Source: an uncultured delta proteobacterium
Lineage (GTDB): Bacteria > Myxococcota > Myxococcia > SLRQ01
DNA: 64,000 bases
Assembly (NCBI GenBank): GCA_963727485.1
Contig: CAVSGM010000002.1
Location: 1,760,001 to 1,824,000 of the forward strand
Direction of reading: 5' to 3'
Below are positions 40,501 to 51,126 of this stretch, one piece after another. The notes beneath the pieces are model-generated. The model was not told the DNA's origin and did not search any database. It worked only from the letters and a program-made list of their open reading frames with translations. Made by a program: the position numbers and the translations under genes. Every line of letters starts with the position of its first letter. Within the stretch, counting starts at the first letter, position 1.

Positions 40501-43500
40501 CACCGGGGCCTCGCCGACCGGGCCATCGCCGACGAGGCCCTGGCCCTCGCCGACGCCCGGGGGGACGCCGCCGCCGCCGCGGATCTCCACGAGCTCGCCG
40601 CCGAGCGCGCCCAAGACCCCGCCGGGGCCGCCGCCCACCTCGCCGCCCTCGGGCGCCTCTACGCCGGCCCCCTCAAGAGCCCCGAGGCCGCCGAGGCCGC
40701 CTGGCGCGCCGCCCTCGCCCAGGTCCCCGGCCAGCCCGAGGCCACCGAGGGGCTCCGGGCCCTCCTCGCCGCCGCCGGCCGGCGGTCCGACCTCGCCGCC
40801 CTCGCCCGGGACCTGGCGCTCGCCGCCGAGGGCCAGGCCCGGGCCCTCGCCCACCTCGACGCCGCCGACCACGCCCTCGCCGGCGGCGACGCCGAGGCCG
40901 CGGTCGCAGACCTCCTCGCCGCCCGGGCCACCGACGCCGAGGCCTTCGCCGAGGCCGCCGGCGAGGCCCGCCTCGACGCCGCCCGGGCCGCCGCCGGCCA
41001 GCACCGCGCCCGGGCCGAGGCCCGCCTCGACGCCGCGGTGGCCACCGCCGACCCCGAGCCCCTCTACCTCGAGGCCGGCGACCTCCTCCGGGACGAGGTC
41101 GGCGACGCCCACCTCGCCGAGCGCGCCTACCGGGCGGCGTTCCAGGTGGCCCGATCGGTGCGCGCCGCCGAGCGCCTCGCCGCCCTCCTCGAGGATCGGG
41201 GCGACGCCCGGGGCCTCGCCGAGCTCGACGAGGCCCGGGCCGACCACGCCCCCGACGGCCCCGCCCGGGCCGCCCGCTACCTCGCCGCCGGGGACCGCTA
41301 CCGCGACCAGGTCGGCGACCTCGACGCCGCGGTCCAGGCCTACGACGCCGCCTACGACGCCGACCCCACCGGCGCCGACACCGCGGCCCGCCTCGAGGCG
41401 GCCCTCCGGGCGGCCGGGCGCGTCGCCGAGCTCGCCGAGCTCCTGCGCCACCTCGCCGAGGGCCAGGCCGGGGCCGCGCGGGCCGCCCGCCTCCTCGAGG
41501 CCGCCGAGCTCGAGGCGGAGGCCGGGAACGCCGAGGCGGCGCTGGCCTGCCGCCTCGACGCCGAGGCCGCCGACCCCGACGACACCGAGCTCCTCCGGGG
41601 CGCCGCCGACGCCCTCTGGGCCGCCGACCGCCGGGCCGAGGCCGCCGAGCGCTACCGGCGCCTCCTCGCCCGGGAGCCCGGGGCCAGCCGGGCCTTCGAC
41701 CGGCTCACCGAGGTCCTCGAGGCCGAGGACGACCACGCCGCCCTCGCCGAGGTGGTCGCCGCCCGGGCCGAGGCCGCCGAGGGGCGCCTGGCCCTCGACC
41801 TGTGGCTGAAGGCCGAGACCCTCTTCGCCCGCCTCGAGGACGGGCCCCGGGCCGCCGAGGCCGCCGCCCGGGCCTTCGCCCTCGAGCCCGGGGACCCGGA
41901 GGCCTTCGCCGCCGCCCTCCGCCACGCCGAGGCCGCCGCCGACCACCGGGCGGTGGCCGAGGTCCTCGACGCCCACCTCGAGGTGCTCCCCGCCGAGGAC
42001 GGCGCCCGGCCGGGCCTGCTCCGGCGTCTCGCCGAGGCCCGCCAGGCGGCCGGCGACGTCGCCGGCGCCCGGGGGGCCCTCGACGCCCTGCTCCAGCACG
42101 TCCCCGAGGACGCGGGGATCGTCGCCCTCGCCGCCGCCCTCGCCGCCAGCGCCGGGGAGGCCGAGGCCCTCCCCTACGACACCCGCCTGGTGGCCCTCGC
42201 CGAGGAGGGGGCCGAGGTGGACCCCGAGGCCCTCCAGGCGTCCCGCCGGCGCCTGGGCACCGCCGCCGCCGCCGCCGGGGACGCCGGGGAGGCGGTGCGC
42301 CAGCTCGGTGCCGCCCTCGCCGCCACCACCGGCGACGATCGGGTGGCCGTCGCCACCGCGTTGGCGCTGGCCGCCCGCCGTGCCGGCCTCGCCGAGGCGG
42401 AGGCCGACGCCGAGGCGATCCTCGCCGACGCCGCCATCGATGATCCCGATCGCCGCAGCCACCTGGTGGCCGCCGCCCGGGCCCGGGAGGCCGCGGGCCA
42501 GCCCGACCGGGCCCTCGCCCACTGGGAGGCGGCCTTCGACCTCGACCCCGCCGCCGAGGACGCGGTGGAGGTCCTCCTCGGCGCCGCCCGGGCGAGGGGC
42601 GACGGGGCCACCGAGGTCGCCCTCCTCCGGCGCCACGCCGCCGGCCTCGACGACCCGGCGCGGGCCCTGCGCGCGTACCTGGCCCTGGTCGCCGCCGCCG
42701 AGGCCGCCTCGGACCCCGCCACCGCCGAGGCCGCCGGGGTCACGGCCTTCGACCTCGCCCCCGACGATCCCCGCGCCGCCGCCGCCGCCCTCCCGGGCCT
42801 CCGGGCCCGGGGCCCCGCCGCCGGCGCCGACCTCGCCCGGGCCCTGGAGCGGGTGGCCCGGGACGCCGAGGGCGAGGCCCGGGTCGCCTGCCTCCTCGAG
42901 GCCGGGGAGGCGCTGGCCGCTGCCGGGGCCGAGGACCGCGCCCGGGCGGTGAGCCACCTGGGCCTCGACGCCGCCCGGGACCTCGAGCCCTGGGACGGGC
43001 CCACCCGGGACCGGATCCGCGCCGCCTGCACCCGCCTCCTCGAGGGGGCCGACGATCCGGTGGAGCGCGGCGAGCTCACCTCCCTCATGGCCCGGGCCGG
43101 CGAGGGCGAGGGCCGCCTCTCAGCCTGGCTCGCCGCCGCCGAGGCCTTCGCCGAGGGCGGGGAGTCCGGCCGGGCCGCCGCCGCCCTCGCCGCCGCCAGC
43201 GAGGCCGCCCCCCAGGACCCCCGGCCCCCCCGGGCCGCGGTGGCCCTCCACCTCGCCGCCGGGGACCTCCCCGCCGCCGCCGCCGCCGCCCGGACCCTCG
43301 CCGAGGGGAGCGCCGACCACCTCCCCGACGAGGTCCTCGCCGTCGCCGACGCCGCCAGTGGCGCGCCCCAGGTGGCCCGGGGGCTCCTGGCGCTGGCCTG
43401 CGCCCGGCTCCCCGGGCGCGGCGACCTGCTGCTGCGCCTCGCCGACGCCTGCGCGGCCACCGGAGACCCCGCCGCGGGCCTCGAGGCCCTCGAGACGGCG

Positions 43501-46500
43501 CTGGCCACCGGCGCCCTCGATCCCGTCTCCAGCCTCGAGGCCACGGTGCGCGTGGCGCGGATCCACGCCGCCGCCGGGGAGGCGCCCGCCGCCGCCGAGG
43601 CCTGGGCCCGGGTTCTCGACGCCGACCCGGACCACGCCGAGGCCCTCGGCGCCCTCGAGGCCCACCACGCCGAGCGCAAGGACTGGTCCGCCCTCGCCGC
43701 CCTCCACCGGAGCCGGGCCCAGGCGCTGGCCGCCGCCGGGGATCCCGAGGGCGCCGCCGCCGCCGAGCTCGCCCGGTCCGCCGCCCTCGAGTCCGTCGGC
43801 GACCTCGAGGCCGCCCGGGCCGCGGTGGTCGCCGCCCTCGACCGGCGCCCGGGGTGGGACGCCGCCCTCGACCGCCTCGCCGACCTCGCCCGGGCCGCCG
43901 GCGACGCCGCCGCCGAGGCCAAGGCCCTCCAGGCCCGCCTCGAGGCCGCCGAGGACACCCGGGCCCGGTCCGCCGCCGCCTGCGCCCTCGGCCGCCTCCA
44001 TCGCCGCGGCGGCGACGACCTCACCGCCGCCGCCGCCTACCGCGTGGCCCTGGTCGCCGCCGGCGAGGGTGAGGGCGAGGGGGCACCCACCTGGGCCCGG
44101 GACGCCGTCCGGGAGGGCGCCGCGGTCCTCGCCGGGGTCACCCTCTCCGCCGGGGATCCCGCAGGCGCCCTGACGCTGGTCGATCGCGCCCGCGCCGCCG
44201 GCGCCGAGGGCCCCGACCTCCTCAAGATCGAGGCCCGGGCCGCCGCCCTGGCCGGGGACGCCGCCCGGGCCCGGGACCGGTTCCAGGAGATCCTCGCCGA
44301 GCGCCCCGACGATCCGGTGGCCCTCGAGGGCCTCGCCGCCGCCGCCGCCGCCCTTGGGGACGCCGAGGGCGAGCTCGAGGCGCGCAGCCGCCGGGCCGAG
44401 GCCGCCGGCGACGCCGGGGACCAGGTGGAGTGGCACCTCGCCGGGGCCGCCCGCGCCCGGGAGCTGGACCGCGCCGAGGAGGCCGCCGCCGCCGAGGACG
44501 CCGCCTTCGACGCCGACCCCACCGACCCCCGGGCCTTCGAGGCGGTGCGCCGGCGCCTGGACGAGACCGGCGACGCCCGGGGCCTCCACGACCTCTGGCG
44601 CCGCCGCGCCCGCGCCCTCGAGGACGACCGGGCCCGGGCCGAGGCCTTCTACGAGCAGGGCGAGGTGGCCCGCCTCCGCCTCGACGAGCCCCACATGGCC
44701 GCGGAGGCCTACGAGCGGACCCTGGCGTTGGCCCCGGATCACCCGGCGGCCCTGGCCGCTCTCGCCGAGACCTTCCATGTCCTCGGGCGCCCGGATCGCG
44801 CCGAGCCCCTCTACCGACGCCTCCCCGACGGCGGCCCCGGGCTCCCGGCGTTCGTGGTCCACCACCGCCTCGGGGAGCTCGAGGCCGGCCGGGGCCGGGA
44901 CCGGGAGGCGCTGGCGGCCTTCCGGGAGGCCGCCGCCCGGAACCCCGGCTTCCTCCCGGCGTGGCAGTCGGCCCGCACCGTGGCGCGGCGCCTCGGGGAC
45001 GCCGACGCCGAGACCGCGGCCCTCGAGGGCCTCCTCGAGGCCCTCCCCGACGACGCGGGGGAGGACCGCCTGGCGGCCATCAAGAGCCTCGGCGACCTCG
45101 CCCGCGGGCGCCTCAAGACCGAGGTGGCCCTGCGCCACTACCAGGCCGCCGCCGAGCTCGACCCGGCCGACCGGGAGGTCCACGAGGCCCTCGCCGACCT
45201 CTACGGGGGCCAGGGCCGGTGGCGGGAGGCCCAGGCGGCCCTGGAGCGCCTCGCCGACGCCACCACCGAGCCCGACGCCGAGGCCGAGGTCTGGGTCCGC
45301 CTCGCCCGGCTCCACGCCAACCGCCTCGCCGACGCCGACGGGGCCCTGCCCTGCCTCGCCCGCGCCCTGGAGGCCGACCCGGACCACGTGGACGCCTGGC
45401 GCCTGCGCCTGGAGCTCGAGGCGCCCCGGGGCGACGCCGCGGCCATCGCCGACTGCGCCCGGCGCCTCGCCGAGCTCGGCCACGAGGGCGACCTCGAGCC
45501 CTTCCGCCTCGAGGTGGGCCGGGCCCTGCTCGCCACCGGGGACCCGGCCACCGCCGCCCCCTGGCTCCTCGACGCCGCCCGGGCCCGCCCCGCCGACGCG
45601 GCCCTCGCCGCCGAGGCCGCCGCCGCCCTCACCGTCTCCGGCCACCCCGAGGACGCCGCGGCCCTCCTCGCCGAACGCGCCGAGCAGTCCGGCAGCCCCG
45701 CCGACCTCCGGGAGGCCGCCGAGGCGGCCCTGGCCGCGGGGGACGCCCGGGGCTACGTGGACAAGATGTGGGCGGGCCTCGCCGACGCCGGCCTCGAGCC
45801 CAGGCTCCAGGCGCTGGCCGCCCGGGGCCTCGCCGAGGTCATGGGCCAGCGCCTCGGGGACCCGGCCGCCGCCGCCGAGGCCCTGCGCCCCTTCGCCGTC
45901 GCCCACCCCGAGGATCGCGGGCTCCTCGGCCAGCTCGCGGCCCTCCTCGAGGACGCCGGGGACCCCGCCGGGGCCCTCACCCTGTGGCTGGACATGGCCC
46001 GCCGTGCCCCCGACGACCTCCGGGCCCTGGGCCGGGCCGCGGAGCTCCTCGAGCCGCAAAGCCCCCTGCGCGCCGGGCTCCTCCGGGGCCTCACGGCCTT
46101 CGTCGAGGGCGCCGGGCCCCGGGACACCGCCGCCGACCTCTCGGGCCTCCGGGTCTCGGAGATTGGGCGGATGGAGCTCGCCGACCCGGCGGTGGCCGGC
46201 CCCCTGGGCTGGTTCCTCCGGGCGATGACCCCCTACCTCGAGCCCCTCTTCCCCGCGGACCTCCTCCGGGCCGGCGCCGACGAGAGCGCCTACCTCGACC
46301 CGGCCCTCTCCGAGCCCGCGGCCCGCCTCACCGACTTCGCCCGGGTGGTCACCGACCGGCCCCTGCGCCTCTACCGCTCCGAGCGCCTGGGCTTCGAGCT
46401 GCAGGTGGAGAACACCCGGCCGGTGAGCGTCATCGTCGGCGCCGAGGTCCTGGACGCGTCCCCGGGCCTCCGGGACCAGGTGCTGCTCCGGGCCGCCGAG

Positions 46501-46950
46501 CTCGCCGGCGCCGGCTACGCCCTCCCGGGGAAGTTCACCGGCCAGGACTTCGAGCTGCTGGTCCGCCTGGCCCTCGCCTTCTTCGATGCCTCGGTGGCGG
46601 TGCCCCTCTCCGACGACCGCCGGGCCCAGTACCTCGAGGCCATGGGGCGCCTGTGCCCCGACGCTCGCAAGGCCCAGCTCGAGCCCCTGGCCGCCGAGGC
46701 GGTGGCGGCGCTCCCGCGCTTCGATCCGGCGGGCTACGCCTCGGCCCTGCGCCGGACCGCCGACCGCCTGGCCCTGGTGGTCACCGGCGACGTCCCCGGG
46801 ACCCTCACCACCCTCCTGCGCCTCGACCGTCGCGCCGCCACCCCGGTGGCCGGGCGCGGGGAGGCGGTGCGCACCCACCCGGCGGCCTTCGATCTGTGCC
46901 GCTTCCTCCTCCGGGACGACCTCGAGGACGTCTGGGACTCGGTGCGCTAA
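34599..46950 (+). CDS. Giant (~4100 aa) Ala-rich TPR-like alpha-solenoid protein (one extra base ~39965)
   Basis: ORF 34599 is protein-like to ~39960 and ORF 39967-46950 continues it; TPR-type segments (AYERTLALAPDHPAALAALAE, YREVLDADPEALEARLRYARL); C-terminal RRTADRLALVVTGD. Confidence 0.85.
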
Positions 46951-47016
46951 GCACGACGCCCCGGCACCACCGCGAGGTGGGCCGGGGCGAGGGTGCGGCC
47001 CGGAGGCCGGCGGCGA

Positions 47017-47901
47017 TCAGCTGCCGATGAGGAACATCACGAAGCAGCTGTTGGCGATGGTCGCCGCCTGCTGGTCGGTGAAGGTCATCCCGGTCTTGGA
47101 GCCGGTGTAGTCGGCCAGGGCCACGTCGGAGACCACGAACACGCCGTTGGCGGAGGTGGCGCCGGTGGTGGTCAGCCCCGAGAAGTCGGCCTTCGGGTAG
47201 AAGGCCTGGGGGATGGCGTTGCCGTTGGTGTCGGTGAGGGTCACGCCCTCGATGGGGGCGTTGTTGGCGTCCACGAAGGTCCCGAGGATGAAGCCCGAGG
47301 AGAGCAGGTCGCCGGGGTTCTTGCCGTCGAGCGTGGCGAGGGCACCCTCGGTGGCGGCGGTGACCGCGAAGGCATTGGCGCCGCTGACCGCGCCGCTGGT
47401 GAAGGGCGGGGCGGCGATGCCGGTGGCGGTGTTGACGAAGGTGCTGTTGCCGGTCTTGTTGTCGACCACGGCGATGAGGCCGAGGACCACGTTGTCGGCG
47501 TTGACGCTCTGGAGGGAGAAGGTCGCGGTGGTCGGGTCGGTGCTGTCCGGGGTGAGGTCGCCCATCACCGGGGTGCACGCGGCGTCGGAGTAGGTGAGGA
47601 TCGGCTTGTTGCCGCTGAGCAGCCCGCTGGCCCGGGCCATGGCCAGGGTGGTGTTGTCGAGGGTGACGGTGGTGCTGGTGCCCGCGGCGATCGCCGCCGA
47701 CACCGGGTGGACGCTCACCGTGCCGTCGATGGTGATCGGGGTCTGGGTGACGCAGGTGGAGCCGGCGTCCTGGGTGCCGGCGTCGGTGGTGCCGGCATCG
47801 GTGGTGCCCCCGTCGGTGCCGTTGTTGGTGCCGCTGCAGGCGGAGAAGAGGACGATGGCGGGCAGGGCCACGAGGATCGTGGCCAGACGCTTGGTATTCA
47901 T
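47017..47901 (-). CDS. Thr-rich beta-sandwich lipoprotein with xxDAG linker
   Basis: RBS GGAGGA; lipobox LFSAC; TDGGTTDAGTTDAGTQDAG; FVDANNAPIEGVTL; TSANGVFVV. Confidence 0.8.
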   Translation of the reverse strand: MNTKRLATILVALPAIVLFSACSGTNNGTDGGTTDAGTTDAGTQDAGSTCVTQTPITIDGTVSVHPVSAAIAAGTSTTVTLDNTTLAMARASGLLSGNKPILTYSDAACTPVMGDLTPDSTDPTTATFSLQSVNADNVVLGLIAVVDNKTGNSTFVNTATGIAAPPFTSGAVSGANAFAVTAATEGALATLDGKNPGDLLSSGFILGTFVDANNAPIEGVTLTDTNGNAIPQAFYPKADFSGLTTTGATSANGVFVVSDVALADYTGSKTGMTFTDQQAATIANSCFVMFLIGS

Positions 47902-47929
47902 GGATTCCTCCAAGGGAATGGCGCCGGGA

Positions 47930-49375
47930 TCAGGCGCCGAACTTGCCCTCGAGACCGAGGACGAGAAGGGTGGTGTTGGCATCGTAGGTGCCGTTGCCGA
48001 TGACCTGGCCCTGGTAGGGCTGGCCGATGGGCGGCGGCGACACCTGCTGGCGCACCGAGCTGTTGCGGACGGTCTGCTGCGCCTGGAAGATGTGGCTGGC
48101 GGTGAGGGTGATGCCGAGGTAGCCGAGGTCGTAGGTGACCCCGGCGCTCACCTGGTTGCGCAGCCCATCGAGGAAGTCGATGCCCAGGGTGTCGGCGGGG
48201 ATGGCGCTGCTGGAGAAGGTGTAGCCGGCGCGCACCGTGAGCGGCACCGGGAGGTGGTACTGCTGCTTGAGGTCGAGGCGCCCGCCGACGCGCACGCTCA
48301 CCGTGTCGTTCCAGCGCTTGGGGATGACGATGTCGGGCAGCTTGTTGGAGCTGTTCCCGAGGGTGAGGGTGATGTCGGGCTTGACCACCAGGGCCTGCAC
48401 CGTGGACCACTGGGTGTAGTCGACGTCGAAGCTCCCCTCCCAGCCCCCCTTGTAGACGGCGGCGCCGAAGCGCCAGACGGTGGGGAACTTGGTGGTGAGG
48501 GTGGCGGCGTTGCCCTCGAGCTTGCCCCCGAGGGTGTCGAGGAGGCCCTGGAGCTGGTCGGTGAGGGTCACGTCGAGGGTGCCGGTGCCCTCGATGGTGA
48601 AGCCCGGCCGCCAGGAGGCGCCGAAGATGACGCCGTCGGCGGGACGCGCCTGGATCCCGAGGATCCCGGTGAACACCGGCTTGCTGGTCACCGAGAGGTC
48701 GGCGATGCCGTCGTTGGCCGGGTCCTGGCCCGGGCCGAGGCCGGCGTAGATGGCCTGGGAGAACGCCGTCGAGCCCACCACCACCTGGGCGGTGCCGCCG
48801 ATGGACAGCCACTTGGTCGGCGCCCAGCCGACGGCCAGCGAGGGGTAGAGCACCAGGATGTTGGAGTCGATCAGCATGTAGCGCTGGGGCGCCTGCTGGC
48901 TGATCGCCGAGGTGTCGGTGGGATCGTTGTTGGGGTTGCCGTCGAAGAGCGTCGGCTCGATCTTCCGCGGGTCGGGGTAGGTCTGGGCCCCGAAGGCGCT
49001 GGGGCCGTAGATACCGGCGGCGACGGTGAGCCCCTTGAAGATCTGCTGGCTCACCGCGAGGAACGGCGCGATCCACGGGTTGTAGCCGTTGTGCACCATG
49101 TCGCCCATCGGCTTCCCGGTGGCGTCGAAGCGCTGGTAGCCGGTGTTCATGAACACGAAGTGGCCGTCGAGGACCACCCGGGTGCCGGTGAGGCCGGCGA
49201 GGCCCGCGGGGTTGAAGTAGAGCGCCGTGCCGTCCGTGGGGTCGGCCGTGAACGCGCCGCCCTGGGCCAGGGCCTTGGCCCCGTTGTCCGGGTACTCGTA
49301 GCCCGAAGCCCGGGCGAGACCCGGCACCGTGGACACGGCAAACACCATCGCCATCCCGATAGACCACCGCCGCAT
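47930..49375 (-). CDS. OmpP1/FadL family outer-membrane transporter
   Basis: ASGYEYPDNGAKALAQGGAFTA, ALYFNPAGLA, YTQWS, WNDTVSVRVG, amphipathic strands, terminal GLEGKF. Confidence 0.88.
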   Translation of the reverse strand: MRRWSIGMAMVFAVSTVPGLARASGYEYPDNGAKALAQGGAFTADPTDGTALYFNPAGLAGLTGTRVVLDGHFVFMNTGYQRFDATGKPMGDMVHNGYNPWIAPFLAVSQQIFKGLTVAAGIYGPSAFGAQTYPDPRKIEPTLFDGNPNNDPTDTSAISQQAPQRYMLIDSNILVLYPSLAVGWAPTKWLSIGGTAQVVVGSTAFSQAIYAGLGPGQDPANDGIADLSVTSKPVFTGILGIQARPADGVIFGASWRPGFTIEGTGTLDVTLTDQLQGLLDTLGGKLEGNAATLTTKFPTVWRFGAAVYKGGWEGSFDVDYTQWSTVQALVVKPDITLTLGNSSNKLPDIVIPKRWNDTVSVRVGGRLDLKQQYHLPVPLTVRAGYTFSSSAIPADTLGIDFLDGLRNQVSAGVTYDLGYLGITLTASHIFQAQQTVRNSSVRQQVSPPPIGQPYQGQVIGNGTYDANTTLLVLGLEGKFGA

Positions 49376-49460
49376 CTGTCCCCTCCTCACCCGCGTCCGG
49401 GCGTGGGTCACCCCACCCCTCGCGGGACGTAGGTCACCAATAGGCAACCGAGGGGCCGGT

Positions 49461-49476
49461 GGCAAGGAAATCGCCA
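49461..49476 (-). promoter_or_regulatory. sigma54-type promoter for the FadL-like gene
   Basis: Minus strand TGGCGATTTCCTTGCC (TGGC-N7-TTGC, GG-N10-GC spacing) about 85 nt upstream of ATG 49375. Confidence 0.5.
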
Positions 49477-49603
49477 CCACCGCCTCGGAGCGCCCGGGCC
49501 GCCGCGGGCCCCGGAGACGACGGCGGCGACCCGGATGGGGTCGCCGCCTGGGAGGCCGGCGAGGGCGCGCGAGGCGCCCCCGGGGCCCGGGAGGGTCTGC
49601 CGG

Positions 49604-50939
49604 TCAGCGCGCCGGCTTCTTCTTGGCCGGGCGCCCCGGGTGGGCCGCGTGGCCCCGGGGGTGCTGCGCTCCTTGGCGCCGTTCTTGGCCTTCCGGGCCT
49701 TCTCGGGCACGAAGCCGCGGCCGCCCCGGGAGCCGCTGCTCCCGCCCACCGGACGGGTCACGGGCCGGGTCACCGGCGGGCGCACGCCCGGACCGGGGTG
49801 GAAGCCGCCGCTCGAGCCCGGGTTCGACGGAGCCTGGGGCCGCCCCGGGTTCACCGGGTGGAAGCGCGGCGGGGGGGGCGCGCTCGGCCGCCCCGGGTTC
49901 ACCGGGTGGAAGGTCGGCTGGGAGGGCGCGCTCGGCCGCCCCGGGTTCACCGGGTGGAAGGTCGGCTGGGAGGGCGCGCTCGGCCGCCCCGGGTTCACCG
50001 GGTGGAAGGTCGGCTGGGAGGGCGCGCTCGGCCGCCCCGGGTTCACCGGGTGGAAGGTCGGCTGGGAGGGCGCGCTCGGCCGCCCCGGGTTCACCGGGTG
50101 GCCGCCCGCGGGCTGGCCCGAGCCCTCGATGGGCCCGAGGTCGACGCTCCCGCGGCTCCCGGGCACCGGGTGGCCGTTGCCGATCCCCGGATTCCGCCGG
50201 GCGGAAGCCGCCGTTCCCACCGTTGACCGGGTGCCCGTAGGTGGGGTTGCCGTTCCCGCCGTTGACCGGGTGCCCGTAGGCCGGGTTGCCGTTCCCGCCG
50301 TTGACCGGATGCCCGTAGGCCGGGTGCCGTTCCGCCGTTGACCGGGTGCCCGTAGGCCGGGGTGCCGCTTGCCGGGCGCGCCGGGTGGCCGGCGTAGGTG
50401 CCGCCGCCGCGCACCGGGTGCCCGGGGGTCACGTAGACCGGGTGGGCCCGGCGGTAGGCGGGCTCGGCGGGGTGGTAGCGCCCGTTGTCGGCGTCACGCC
50501 GGTTCGGGTCCCAGTAGTAGTAGCGATAGGTCGGCTGGTAGTGCCACCCGAGGTTGTAGCCCGGGTGGTAGTGGTGCACGTGCCGCCCGTGTCGGTAGCA
50601 CCACCCGCCCCCGTCGGCGGCGGGGATGGGATGGGGGCCGTAGAAGTAGAAGCTCACCGGGCCCTGGTAGCTGTAGTACCCGTCGTCGTTCTGGTAGTAC
50701 TCCGCGTAGTCGGGCGGGTAGACGTGGTAGTGGAGGCCCTGGATGAAGCACCACCCGCCTCCGTAGCGCTCGGGGATCACGTGGCCGCCGTAGTAGGCGT
50801 AGTACTGGGTGGGCTGCTGCTGCTGGGCGTAGGTGGCGGTGTCGGGCCGGTACTCGTGGACGACACAGCCCGAGCCGAAGAGGAGCAGCGCCGAGGCGGC
50901 GCCGAGGATGAGGGCTCTGGCTCGGTGGGGGATGCGCAT
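49604..50939 (-). CDS. Lipoprotein with a duplicated Tyr/His/Cys module and Pro/Gly-rich tandem-repeat tail (frameshifts ~50325 and ~49640)
   Basis: RBS AAGGAG; lipobox FGSGC; two YxGxHxIP-x4-GGGWC-x3-GxHxHxYxP units; probable end AKKKPAR-TGA at 49604 (ORF track end 49408 is the alternative). Confidence 0.7.
49838..50101. repeat. 48-bp coding tandem repeat (FHPVNPGRPSAPSQPT), ~5.5 units
   Basis: Core ggccgccccgggttcaccgggtg at 49838, 49886, 49934, 49982, 50030, 50078; four units identical. Confidence 0.95.
50222..50361. repeat. 39-bp coding tandem repeat (GGNGNPAYGHPVN), ~3.5 units
   Basis: gttgaccgg.tgcccgtagg at 50222, 50261, 50300, 50337. Confidence 0.9.
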
Positions 50940-51031
50940 CGTGATCTCCTTGCGGTCGACGGCCTCGGCCGTCCGTGGGCACCGACGGAGCGGTCGCCCG
51001 GGTATTCAGCCTCGCGCTTCCTGCTCTTCAG

Positions 51032-51047
51032 AGCAAGCCGGGTGCCA
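51032..51047 (-). promoter_or_regulatory. sigma54 (-24/-12) promoter for the 50939 lipoprotein
   Basis: Minus strand TGGCACCCGGCTTGCT, exact consensus, intergenic, correct orientation. Confidence 0.75.
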
Positions 51048-51126
51048 CGCCACGGATTGCCCAAGTACCTGGAAACACGTGACCCCCCAGGGGCCAGGGT
51101 GTGACCGTCAGTCACGCCGTGGTGAA

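Noticed and set aside
34431..46878. Very long antisense and alternate-frame ORFs (2031, 1845, 1303, 1252 aa)
   Set aside because: Shadow ORFs expected in very high-GC coding DNA; Gly/Arg/Pro-rich with no motifs
49838..50361. Regularly spaced repeats resembling a CRISPR array
   Set aside because: Units are contiguous with no unique spacers, have lengths divisible by 3, lie inside a coding frame, and no cas genes are present
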